Source: Nitrospirota bacterium
GTDB lineage: Bacteria > Nitrospirota > JACRHL01
DNA length: 64,000 bases
Reading direction: 5' to 3'
NCBI GenBank assembly: GCA_016212085.1
Contig: JACRHL010000021.1
Span: 27,925 to 91,924 of the forward strand
Position 1 is the stretch's first letter, and every line of letters starts with the position of its first letter. Both the position numbers and the translations under genes were made by a program. A model generated the notes under the pieces. The model saw only the letters and a list, made by a program, of their open reading frames with translations. It was not told the origin of the DNA and made no database searches. Below are positions 23,401 through 33,521 of this stretch, one piece after another.

Positions 23401-24945
23401 ATGAAGCGTCTCCCCCGGCTCGCCCCGCTGCTCCTGCTGATCGCCGCCGCCTGCGCCACCAACCCGGTGACCGGCGAGCGCGAGCTGCGGCTGATCTCCG
23501 CCGCCGACGAGATCGCCATCGGCACGGAAAATTATGCCTTCTCCCAGCAGGGCCAGGGGGGGCCGTACACGGTGGACCCGTCCGTCACCGCCTATGTGGC
23601 GGAGGTGGGCGGCAAGCTCGCGGCGCTGAGCGACCGGCCCGACCTGCCGTTCGAGTTCGTGGTGCTGAACAACCCGGTGCCCAACGCCTGGGCGCTGCCC
23701 GGCGGCAAGATCGCCGTCAACCGGGGGCTGCTCACGGAGCTGCATTCGGAGGCGGAGCTGGCCGCCGTGCTCGGCCACGAGATCGTCCACGCGGCGGCGC
23801 GCCACGGCGCCCGGCGCATGGAGCGCGGCGTCCTGCTGTCCGCCGGGATGGCGGGCCTGGGAACCGCCCTGGGCGGCCGCCGGGGGGCCGACGTGGCGGT
23901 GGGCGGCGCCGCCCTGGGGGCCAAGCTCATCAGCAGCCGCTACGGCCGCGACGACGAGCTGGAAAGCGACCGCTACGGCATGGACTACATGGCCCGCGCC
24001 GGCTACGACCCGCGGGCGGCCGTGTCGCTCCAGGAAACCTTCGTGCGGCTGTCCGAGGGCAAACAGGGCGACTGGCTGAGCGGCCTGTTCGCCAGCCACC
24101 CGCCCTCGCCGGAGCGGGTGGCGCGCAACCGGGCGCACGCGGCGGCGCTGCCCGCCGGCGGCAACCTGGGGGCGGAGGCCTACCGGGCCCGGCTGTCCGG
24201 GCTGTTCGCCACCGCCCCCGCCTATGCCGCCGCCGCCGAGGGCGAAACGGCCCTGGCGGCGGATGACCCCGCCACCGCCCTGGCCAAGGCCAGGGAGGCC
24301 ATCGCCGCCCTGCCGGCGGAAGCGGCGTTTTATACCTTGAAGGGGCGCGCCCTGCTGGCGGCGGACGACGGCCAGGGGGCCGCCGACGCCTTTTCCGAGG
24401 CCATCCGCCGGCACGACGGCTATTTCCTGCCGTTCCTGCTGCGCGGCATGGCGCGCAAGGACCGGGGCGACGCGGCCGGCGCCCGCGCCGACCTGGGCGC
24501 CAGCCTCGCCCTGCTGCCCACCGCCGGGGCCCACTTCGCCCTGGGCGAGATGGACCGCGACACGGGCGACGCCGACGCCGCCATCGCCCACTTTACCGCC
24601 GCCGCCGGCGAGGGCGAGGTGGGCCAGCGGGCGGCGCTGGAGCTGGCGCGCCTGGAGCTGCCGCGCCAGCCCTCCAAATACATCGCCGTGGGCGCCGACC
24701 TGGACGAACGCGGCATGGTGGTGGTGCGGGTGCTCAACCACGCGCCGCTGGCGGTGACCGGCGTGGAGTTGACGGTATCCCTGGCGGGCCCCGGCGGCCT
24801 GTCGAGCCCCCCGGTGCGGCTGCGCCTGGACGGCCCCCTGGGGCCCGGCGAGGGGGCGCGGCTGGGCACCGCCATCGGCCCCATCGGCCGGGAACTGGGC
24901 GCCGCCCCGGTGCGGGTGCTGGTGACCGCCGCGCGGCCGCGCTGA
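23401..24945 (+). CDS. M48-family metalloprotease lipoprotein with TPR region (BepA/YfgC-like)
   Basis: ACATNPVTG, NAWALPGG, HEIVH, ELESD, SHP. Confidence 0.92.
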   Translation: MKRLPRLAPLLLLIAAACATNPVTGERELRLISAADEIAIGTENYAFSQQGQGGPYTVDPSVTAYVAEVGGKLAALSDRPDLPFEFVVLNNPVPNAWALPGGKIAVNRGLLTELHSEAELAAVLGHEIVHAAARHGARRMERGVLLSAGMAGLGTALGGRRGADVAVGGAALGAKLISSRYGRDDELESDRYGMDYMARAGYDPRAAVSLQETFVRLSEGKQGDWLSGLFASHPPSPERVARNRAHAAALPAGGNLGAEAYRARLSGLFATAPAYAAAAEGETALAADDPATALAKAREAIAALPAEAAFYTLKGRALLAADDGQGAADAFSEAIRRHDGYFLPFLLRGMARKDRGDAAGARADLGASLALLPTAGAHFALGEMDRDTGDADAAIAHFTAAAGEGEVGQRAALELARLELPRQPSKYIAVGADLDERGMVVVRVLNHAPLAVTGVELTVSLAGPGGLSSPPVRLRLDGPLGPGEGARLGTAIGPIGRELGAAPVRVLVTAARPR

Positions 24946-24960
24946 CAGGGGGCCGGGCAC

Positions 24961-25002
24961 AAAAAAGGGGGGCGCCACGTGTCCGTGGCGCCCCCCTTTT
25001 TT
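24961..25002. terminator. Bidirectional intrinsic terminator
   Basis: A6-ggggggcgccacg...cgtggcgcccccc-T6. Confidence 0.85.
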
Positions 25003-25183
25003 GTGGAGAGACCGGCAACCTTGCCGGCCCGGACAGGCGGCTGTCCGGCCATGATGCCCGCCCCAGGGTCAGTCAACAGGCCCGGGCGGGGCGTTGAAAA
25101 ACGGCGGGTTTTGACCCGCCTGCGTCCGGTACGGGGAGGTACCGGCGGATTTCATGCGCGTGAGCGCCTGGAATCCGGACCTG

Positions 25184-25267
25184 CTAGACCAGAATCAGCC
25201 AGATGCTGAACACGGAGGCGGCGATTCCGGCCATGCACAGGTTCATATGGATGATGAGGGTCTTCAT
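25184..25267 (-). CDS. 27-aa hydrophobic peptide (C-x12-LIL family)
   Basis: MKTLIIHMNLCMAGIAASVFSIWLILV; GGAGG RBS; sigma-54 motif upstream. Confidence 0.6.
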   Translation of the reverse strand: MKTLIIHMNLCMAGIAASVFSIWLILV

Positions 25268-25364
25268 GATTGCCTCCATGGCAGCGGTGCCCATTTTACC
25301 TTCTCCAAGCAGTGACCGGAGAGGCCGTGCAGCCTCCCCGTGATCCAAACCAACCCCGATATGT

Positions 25365-25380
25365 TGCATACCCCGTGCCA
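25365..25380 (-). promoter_or_regulatory. Putative sigma-54 promoter
   Basis: TGGCACG-N4-ATGCA on the minus strand. Confidence 0.55.
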
Positions 25381-25515
25381 GGAATGCCGTGGCCGCCCCG
25401 CGGACCACGGGCCGGGCGGGGCCTCGCTGTCTTCAAGGAACGCCCCCCGTGCCGGGGGGGCGTGGGGGGAGGGAGGGGGGTGTTCAAAAGTGGGCACCCC
25501 GGCCGCACAAGGTGT

Positions 25516-25956
25516 TCAATCCTGTACACCCGGCCATCCGGCCGGGCGGCGCAACAGCACCACGCCGTCGGAACTTTCGGTGAACCCCCAGCGGGCGTAG
25601 AACGGGCGCATCTCGGGCAGGCAGTACAGCTCCACGTCGCGCACGTCGCGCACGGCGGGGTGGGCCAGGATGGCGTCCATCAGCGCCGTGCCCAGGCCGG
25701 CGCCCTGGCACGGCATGTCCACGATCACGTCCAGCACCAGGGCCTTGGCCACCCGGTCGGTGAGGGCGCGGGCGAAGGCCAGCACCTTGCCCGTGTCCGG
25801 CGCCAGCAGCGCCACCACGCAGCCGGAGTTGCGCACCGCCTCGATGATCTGCGGGCGGGCCCGGTTCCGCTGCCACCAGGCGGTGGTGAGCAGCCGGGCC
25901 AGGTCGGCATAGTGGCCGGGTTCGAGGGTATGGACGATCTTGTACGGCGGCGTCAC
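25516..25956 (-). CDS. GNAT-family N-acetyltransferase
   Basis: FARALTD, DVIVD, QGAGLG acetyl-CoA motif, FYARWGF. Confidence 0.9.
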   Translation of the reverse strand: MTPPYKIVHTLEPGHYADLARLLTTAWWQRNRARPQIIEAVRNSGCVVALLAPDTGKVLAFARALTDRVAKALVLDVIVDMPCQGAGLGTALMDAILAHPAVRDVRDVELYCLPEMRPFYARWGFTESSDGVVLLRRPAGWPGVQD

Positions 25957-26286
25957 CGACTCCCAACCTCTCCGGGGCGCCCATGGAACGGGCGCCGGGC
26001 GCAATCATCTTCCCCCGCGCGCCCGGCGTCAAGTGGGGGTATGCTTGCAGAAGGGAGAACCGGCCGGCCACCCGCCGGAGGCCGCATGATCGCGGGTTGC
26101 GCGCCGGGTTCCGGACATGGCGGTCCACCCCCCACGACCACCCGGCCGCCGTGCCGGGCCCGGCGCGCCTCATCCGCCCCGGTTCCCGCAAGACCATGCA
26201 TGGGCCGTCGCGGGCGCTCCGGGCGCGGGGCGGCCTCGGGCGGTGCCCAGGGCTGCTGGCAAGATCCCCTCTGCTACAATCGGCCC

Positions 26287-26715
26287 ATGCCCATCCGCGT
26301 GACCCCGCACATCGCCCTGGCGGACGACGAACTGACCCTGCGCCCGGTGCTCGCCTCCGGCCCCGGCGGCCAGCACGTCAACAAGGCGGCCACGGCGATC
26401 ATGCTGCGCTTCGACGCCGCCCGCTCGCCGTCGCTGCCCGAGGGGGTGCGGCGCCGGCTGCTGGCGCTGGCGGGGGCGCGCGCCACCGGCGAGGGGGAGA
26501 TCGTCATTCACGCCGAGCGTTACCGCAGCCAGCGCATGAACCGGGACGACGCCATCGGCCGCCTGTGCGACCTGATCCGCGAGGCGGCGGCGCCGGTCAA
26601 GGCGCGCCGCCCCACCCGGCCGGGCCGCGCCGCCCGCGAGCGGCGCATGGCCGGGAAGCGCCAGCGCGGCGACGCCAAGCGCCTGCGCGGACCGGTGGAC
26701 GACCCGGATGCATGA
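26287..26715 (+). CDS. arfB: Alternative ribosome rescue factor (peptidyl-tRNA hydrolase)
   Basis: SGPGGQHVNK, RSQRMN, basic tail RRPTRP. Confidence 0.95.
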   Translation: MPIRVTPHIALADDELTLRPVLASGPGGQHVNKAATAIMLRFDAARSPSLPEGVRRRLLALAGARATGEGEIVIHAERYRSQRMNRDDAIGRLCDLIREAAAPVKARRPTRPGRAARERRMAGKRQRGDAKRLRGPVDDPDA

Positions 26716-26805
26716 CGAATTTCTTGATTTATCGGGCGATTTGCCCGATAAATTGGGAGGTGAGTGGCTTTCGCCCGCCCAGCGGGCGCATGTTGGGGGA
26801 ACAGC

Positions 26806-27162
26806 ATGGCAGGATACGACCGGGAACGGGCGGACGACCGCCTTTCCGTGCAGATGGCCGCACGCATCCACTGTTATGGCGAGCGGTTCATCGGCACGGT
26901 GGTGAACCTGGGCGCCGGGGGGGCGTTCGTGCGTGCCGGCCGCACGCTGCCCATGCAGGTCCGCTGCGACCTGGTGGTCATCGTGGGCGACGGCGGCGAC
27001 CCGGAGCACTTGTTGGTGACCGGCACCGTGGTCCACCTGGCGGACGGCGGCATGGGCATCAAGTTCGACACCCTCGCGCCGGGGACGCTGGCGCGGCTGC
27101 TGGGCATCCTTTCCAGCGGCGGCACCAACCTGAAGCGCCGCCCCGTCGGATCGGGAGGCTGA
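26806..27162 (+). CDS. Single-domain PilZ protein
   Basis: ERADDR, NLGAGG, GMGIKF. Confidence 0.8.
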   Translation: MAGYDRERADDRLSVQMAARIHCYGERFIGTVVNLGAGGAFVRAGRTLPMQVRCDLVVIVGDGGDPEHLLVTGTVVHLADGGMGIKFDTLAPGTLARLLGILSSGGTNLKRRPVGSGG

Positions 27163-27166
27163 CGCC

Positions 27167-27583
27167 ATGTCCATCCCCGTCATCGAATGCATCAAGCGCT
27201 GCACCGCGAACCCGGCGTTCCTGGACCGTTTCTACGAACTGTTCACGAGCAACCCGGCGGTCCGCGAGAAGTTCTCCAAGACCGACTTCGACCGCCAGAA
27301 ATACCTGCTCGGCCACATGCTGGTGATGCTCATCAAGCACGCCTACGGCCTGCGCGGGGCCGACGAGCGCCTGACCGAGGTGGCGCGCCGCCACGGCACG
27401 GGCGACCTGAACATCCCCCGCTACATGTACAACGATTGGATCGACTGCCTGGTACGCGCGGTGCGCGAGACCGAGCCCAACCTCCCCGATGAGGTGATGG
27501 GCGACCTGCGGCGGGTCATGGAGGCGGAGGTGGCCACCTTCATCAGCCGCGCGGAAAACCCGACGAACGCCCCGGCCACCTAG
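27167..27583 (+). CDS. Single-domain globin
   Basis: FLDRFYELF, FSKTDFDRQK, proximal His in RRHG, W..CL. Confidence 0.85.
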   Translation: MSIPVIECIKRCTANPAFLDRFYELFTSNPAVREKFSKTDFDRQKYLLGHMLVMLIKHAYGLRGADERLTEVARRHGTGDLNIPRYMYNDWIDCLVRAVRETEPNLPDEVMGDLRRVMEAEVATFISRAENPTNAPAT

Positions 27584-27679
27584 GGCCTGTTGACAAGCCC
27601 CTGGGGCGACAACGCAATGCGTTGATTTTCATGATACATATCATGCTCCCCCGTGTGTCGGGGCGCTACGTTTGAATTG

Positions 27680-27757
27680 GGTGAGGGGGGGCTGGGCCAC
27701 GGCGGTTCTCCCCCATCGTACCGGCGAGGCCTGAGGATTCCGGTGCTCCCCCTCACC
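27680..27757 (+). ncRNA. Candidate structured small RNA, copy A
   Basis: Closing stem ggtgaggggg/ccccctcacc and two inner hairpins; homologous to 27847-27923; followed by a terminator. Confidence 0.6.
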
Positions 27758-27771
27758 TACTGACGGGTGAC

Positions 27772-27797
27772 GAAAAGGGCGTTCGTGCCCTTTTTTT
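27772..27797 (+). terminator. Intrinsic terminator after RNA copy A
   Basis: aaaagggc-gttcgt-gccc followed by T7. Confidence 0.8.
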
Positions 27798-27810
27798 GTG
27801 CAACATTCGC

Positions 27811-27838
27811 TTGCCTTACATTGACCGTCTGGTATACT
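27811..27838 (+). promoter_or_regulatory. Sigma-70-type promoter for RNA copy B
   Basis: TTGCCT-N16-TATACT, 8 nt before the closing stem. Confidence 0.65.
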
Positions 27839-27846
27839 CCCGCGCC

Positions 27847-27923
27847 GGTGGGGCGGGGTGGGGCCACGAGGTTCTCCCCCAATCTGACCGGCGAGCCCGT
27901 ACCATCCGGCGCCCCGCCCCACC
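27847..27923 (+). ncRNA. Candidate structured small RNA, copy B
   Basis: 14-bp closing stem ggtggggcggggtg/cgccccgccccacc; same core as copy A. Confidence 0.6.
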
Positions 27924-28079
27924 ACCCCACGGCCGGGCGGCGCGGTGGAGGCCGGTCTGCCCTTTCCGTGCATTTTTGTGACAAAAGGCAGTCCGAAACC
28001 GTTCCCGGGCGTGCTATGCTCCGGCCCTCGGGTGGCCGCCGGGGTGCGGAGGGCCGCCGCCGCGGCATTCCATGTGGAA

Positions 28080-28095
28080 TGGCCCGGAGCTTGCA
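28080..28095 (+). promoter_or_regulatory. Putative sigma-54 promoter
   Basis: TGGCCCG-N4-TTGCA. Confidence 0.6.
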
Positions 28096-28171
28096 CTTGG
28101 ATTTTGGTTGGATCCTGTGTCTGCGAGTGCCGCCCGTGGCGGCCAAACCCCAGTCGGAGATTCGCCCGATC

Positions 28172-28264
28172 ATGATGCAATCCCGCTCCATGCTGGCCCA
28201 GCTCATTTGCGCCACCTGCTTCACCCTGCTGTCCATGGCCTGGCTGCTGATCCTGGTCGCCTGA
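28172..28264 (+). CDS. 30-aa hydrophobic peptide (C-x12-LIL family)
   Basis: MMQSRSMLAQLICATCFTLLSMAWLLILVA; GC-rich third codon positions. Confidence 0.55.
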   Translation: MMQSRSMLAQLICATCFTLLSMAWLLILVA

Positions 28265-28465
28265 GCGCCCTTTTGCGGCGCCCCTCGTAACCTGCCGGCC
28301 CGCGCCCCGGCGGCCCGCCCCCGCCCAGCCCCGCTCCCCATCCCCCCCGTGTAATATCCGGCATCGGCGCCGAAAAATATTCACACCCCCCGCCGATTTT
28401 TCGCCCCCGCCCTGACCGTTATCATGTGACCCCCGCCCGCCCCGTGCTGGAATGCGGATATGGGC

Positions 28466-28577
28466 GGGTACCTCTCAAAACTGTCGCGAGCGGTCCGAGC
28501 GCAAGCCGCCCCGAGTGGAGCGGCGCTGCCACGCCGCGCAGGACCCGAAACATATCGCGGTGATAGGAGAGGTGCCC
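28466..28577 (-). mobile_element. MITE family A, internally deleted inverted copy
   Basis: gggtacctctcaaaac...agaggtgccc; interior matches the reverse complement of the 62491 copy. Confidence 0.75.
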
Positions 28578-28806
28578 ACCCGCCGGTGGCGCGGCGGGCA
28601 CCACCCCGGACGGATGGCGCGGCCGGCCCCCCGGCCCACGCGTCGCGCGCGTCCCCCGTTCCCGCCCACGCCTGAGGGCGGCCCCGCGCCCCGCCGGCGC
28701 ATCCGTGCGGCGGACCGGGCGGGATGCGGGGGCCGCCATGCGTTCGCGCCAACACCATGCCGGAGGGGCCCGGCGCACCGGGCACCGGAATCAAGGAACC
28801 CGTGTC

Positions 28807-28965
28807 ATGGAACGAACCCTGTTGTGGAGGCGTTTCGTCGCCGTGTCCGTCTTCATCGCCGCCCTGGCGGCCCTGGCGTGGTTCACCGGCTGTGCCATCT
28901 GCCCCGCCCCCGCCCTGGCCGGCGTACCCGCCGGGGCCGCGCGGGTGGCGCACTTGCTGCCATAG
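28807..28965 (+). CDS. 52-aa small membrane protein or lipoprotein
   Basis: AAGGA RBS, TM segment, FTGC. Confidence 0.45.
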   Translation: MERTLLWRRFVAVSVFIAALAALAWFTGCAICPAPALAGVPAGAARVAHLLP

Positions 28966-28977
28966 GGCGCCGGGGAC

Positions 28978-29013
28978 AAAAAAAGGGGGGAGCCCCGTGG
29001 CGGGACTCCCCCC
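28978..29013 (-). terminator. Intrinsic terminator for the 29047-30969 gene
   Basis: ggggggag...ctcccccc stem with an A7 run on the left. Confidence 0.75.
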
Positions 29014-29046
29014 GATGCCGGCCGTCCGTGGCCGGAAGTGGCCAGC

Positions 29047-30969
29047 CTACATGCCGAACAGGCGCTTGGCCAGGCCCGGCGGCATCCGCACCGGGTCCGG
29101 GCCGCCGGCGGCCCGGCGCAGATTCACCACCACCACGTCGGCGGTGAAGGTGGCCGTGGGCCCGTCCCAGGCGCCGTGGGCGGTCAGGTGGCGGCCCGCC
29201 GCGCCGTTCGCCAGGGCCGCGTCCAGCGCCGCCTGGAAGGTGGCGAAATCACCGAACACCCGGAGCGCGCCGCCCGCTTGCAGGGCGTACCTGCCGCCCT
29301 CCGCCGCCGGGACGACGCGGGCATCGGCGCCCAGGCCGGCCAGGTCGATCACCGCCCCCGCAACCACCACGTGGTGGCGGTGGGGGCTGGCGGACAGGTC
29401 GGGCACCAGGCCGCCGGGGGCGCTGACGGTGAACGGGGTGAGGTCCGCCGGGTGCCACTGGATGGTCAGGTTGGCGCGCGGCTCCGGCTCCACGGGCGGC
29501 TGGGCCAAACTCATGGCCAAAAAGTCCGGCGGCGCGGCGCCGAACGGCGCGGTGAGGCCGCGCACGCCCACCGGATCGCCCGCCGCCAGGGCCGACAGGT
29601 CCAGGGCCCCCGTGTCCACCCGGTAGGCGGCGGGGTCCGAGTCGTCCGCCGGGGTGGCGCCGGTGCCGGCGAAGTCGTAGATGTCCACCGGGCGGCCGTT
29701 GAGGGCGCGCAGGTCGAGGGTGAGGGTGCCGGCGGTGGTGGCCACCACCAGGCCGTGGGCGTGGGAGACCTCGATCCGCGCCTTGCCCTGGGTGGCATCC
29801 AGGGTGGGCGTGACGGACAGGTCGGCGGCGATGACGGCCGCCGTCTCCAGCAGGTCGCCCACCACGGTCACGCGGCCGCCCACGGACAGGTCGGCCGGGG
29901 TCATGGGCGCGCCCAGGGGGCCGGTGACGATCGTGTCCGGGCCGATGAGCACGGTGAGGGTGTCGCGCAGCAGGTCGGGCCGGCCGACGCCGCTGTCGAA
30001 GGACAGGACGGCGCCGCGCAGGGTGAGCTGGTCGCCCAGGCGGCTGGTCAGCACGCCGTGGGCCACGTCACGCTGGCCCCAGGGCACGCTGGAGCCGGCG
30101 CGCACCGTGCTCGCCAGCATGTGGCGCAGGGCGCGCTGCACCTGGCCGAAGGCCACCACCGGGCTGCCCGGCTCCAGGGCGGCCAGCGCCGCCAGGCCGT
30201 CGGCCCCGGTGTAGGCCACGCCGTCGATCTCGAAGGCCGTCTGCCCGTCCACCGCCACCGGGAAGTCGCCGAAGCGGTGCGCCGCCCCGTGGTGGCCGAA
30301 GGGCCGCACGTGCAGGGTGAACTCCGAATTGTCCAGGTCCACCCGGTCCAGCAGGCCGCGCAGGCGGTGGGGCTTGGCGAAGTCGGCATCCACCTCGGCC
30401 AGCAGCACCGGGTCGACGGTGACCACCGGCGCCGCCGGGATGGTGAGGTCCACGGCATTGGTGGCCGCCAGGTCGAAGTCGAACACCACGTGGGCGGGCA
30501 CGCCGGGGCGGATCAGGATGTGGTCCATCTCCTCCAGCTGCACCGCCATGGTCACCTGGGCCAGGGGGTTGCCGTCCGCATCCACCAGGGTGGCGGGGGT
30601 GGCGGCGCCGGCCACCTCGACCTGCACGTCGGCGGAGGTGTAGTCGAGCACCATCTCGGCGCCGGTGTAGACGCCGTCCGGCACCATGGCGGCGGTGAGG
30701 AATTCGGTCATCTCGGTGTACTGGGCGAAGTCCACGCGGGTGGACAGGGGCAGCACCTGCACCTGGGTGCCGTCGGCGCGGCTCAGGGTGAGGGAGGTCA
30801 CGTCCACCTGATAGGCGAGAAAATCGCCATCGGCGTCGGTGAGGCCGATGACCACCTCGCCCAGCCCGGTGGCGCCGCCGCCACAGCCCGGCAGCAGCGG
30901 CACGGCGGCCAGGGCCAGGGCGGCGCCCAGCGCGGCGAGCGCGCGGCGCATGCGGGAGAATACGTTCAC
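29047..30969 (-). CDS. DUF4382-like lipoprotein
   Basis: LLPGC lipobox; IGLTDADGDF, VDVTSLTL, FDFDL. Confidence 0.75.
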   Translation of the reverse strand: MNVFSRMRRALAALGAALALAAVPLLPGCGGGATGLGEVVIGLTDADGDFLAYQVDVTSLTLSRADGTQVQVLPLSTRVDFAQYTEMTEFLTAAMVPDGVYTGAEMVLDYTSADVQVEVAGAATPATLVDADGNPLAQVTMAVQLEEMDHILIRPGVPAHVVFDFDLAATNAVDLTIPAAPVVTVDPVLLAEVDADFAKPHRLRGLLDRVDLDNSEFTLHVRPFGHHGAAHRFGDFPVAVDGQTAFEIDGVAYTGADGLAALAALEPGSPVVAFGQVQRALRHMLASTVRAGSSVPWGQRDVAHGVLTSRLGDQLTLRGAVLSFDSGVGRPDLLRDTLTVLIGPDTIVTGPLGAPMTPADLSVGGRVTVVGDLLETAAVIAADLSVTPTLDATQGKARIEVSHAHGLVVATTAGTLTLDLRALNGRPVDIYDFAGTGATPADDSDPAAYRVDTGALDLSALAAGDPVGVRGLTAPFGAAPPDFLAMSLAQPPVEPEPRANLTIQWHPADLTPFTVSAPGGLVPDLSASPHRHHVVVAGAVIDLAGLGADARVVPAAEGGRYALQAGGALRVFGDFATFQAALDAALANGAAGRHLTAHGAWDGPTATFTADVVVVNLRRAAGGPDPVRMPPGLAKRLFGM

Positions 30970-31165
30970 GGCAGAACCTCCTTGTCCGTTGCCCCCATGG
31001 GGGCGTTTGCAGAAAACCGGCGCGGGGAAAAATCACCCGCATGGCCCCAACAACGCGCGAACCGCCCCGGCGGTTGACGCGGCCCGCCGTTTTTTTTGCC
31101 CCGCCCCCCCGTTCCGCGCCGCCGGGACATGACATCGCCCCCCGTTTTTGGCCAGAATGGGTGTT

Positions 31166-31750
31166 ATGTGTGTCCACCCCGCCGCCCCGCGCCCGCCGCT
31201 CCGCCGTTTTTGGGCCGGGCTCCTCGCCCTGGCGCTGGCCGTGGCGGTCCCCGGCGCCGCCCTGGCGAACCACCCCAGCGCGCCGCACCACGACCACGAC
31301 CATTACGGGGTGTTCTGGGCCGGCCACCTGGCGGGGCCGGATGACGACTTCGCCGAGCTTCAGGGCTTCGCCAAGTGGCCGCTGCCGTGGCACGGCACCC
31401 GCAAGGACGGCTGGCACTGGGAGAGCGCCCTGTGGGCCACCGCCGGACCGGTGTCCGTGAACGGCGACCAGGGCTGGATGGTGGGCGCGGGGCCGCTGCT
31501 GCGCCTGCTCACCCCCGGCACGCGCTTCTACGGCAGCCTGGGCATCCGCCCGGTGATCCTGTCGCGGGAGCGGTTTGGCAACCTGGACCTGGGCTACCGG
31601 CTGGAGTTCATCAGCCACGCCGGCGGCGGCGTGTACCTGACGGAGCGCCTGAGCGTGGGCTACCGCATCCAGCATATCTCCAACGCCGGCCTGTCCGACA
31701 CCAATCCGGGCATCAACCTGTTCATCATCCAGGCGGGGTGGAACCTGTAG
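31166..31750 (+). CDS. pagL: PagL-family lipid A 3-O-deacylase / acyloxyacyl hydrolase (start approximate)
   Basis: YRIQHISNAGL..NPGIN motif; signal peptide. Confidence 0.85.
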   Translation: MCVHPAAPRPPLRRFWAGLLALALAVAVPGAALANHPSAPHHDHDHYGVFWAGHLAGPDDDFAELQGFAKWPLPWHGTRKDGWHWESALWATAGPVSVNGDQGWMVGAGPLLRLLTPGTRFYGSLGIRPVILSRERFGNLDLGYRLEFISHAGGGVYLTERLSVGYRIQHISNAGLSDTNPGINLFIIQAGWNL

Positions 31751-31801
31751 CCCTCGCGGGCGGCCTCCGGGCGCGCTAGAATGGTTTTTTACGGAATCGC
31801 C

Positions 31802-33016
<1,215 letters not shown>

Positions 33017-33160
33017 CCCTTCCCGCTTGCAATCTCCCGGACCGGGTGCTATCTGGTTAAGCCTGACGCGCCACCGGCCCATCCAAGCCCGGCGGCCGGC
33101 GGCCGGAACCACGAACGGGGCGCCTCCAGTCGCGAGCGCCCCCGAGGGGGGAGGGTTCTC

Positions 33161-33268
33161 ATGGCCGTGTTCCACCTGCCGACGGTTTCCGGCGCCTACC
33201 GCCGCATCGCCACCTGCCCGCTGGCGCTCATCCACGCCCTGTTCGGCGCGTACCTGATCCTGCGATGA
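33161..33268 (+). CDS. 35-aa hydrophobic peptide (C-x12-LIL family)
   Basis: MAVFHLPTVSGAYRRIATCPLALIHALFGAYLILR; GGAGGG RBS; host-like codons. Confidence 0.55.
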   Translation: MAVFHLPTVSGAYRRIATCPLALIHALFGAYLILR

Positions 33269-33521
33269 CGTGAACACCCGGCGCCGGGGCGCGGGGCGCC
33301 GCCCCCCCCTTCGCCGCCCGCACACCCCGGAACGGGCGGCGCCGCTCCGGCCCCGGCGCGCGATGCGCCCGCCGGCGAGGGGCCGCTCCGGACCCCGTTG
33401 TGGCACCCCCGCCAACCGGCGCCGGCGGCGGTTTGTTCCCGGCCGCATTTTTTTTCGAAAAACCGGCCGGCGCCGCCGCCCCCTGGCGAATTTTGCGCGC
33501 CGACCGATTACCATAGGGGCC

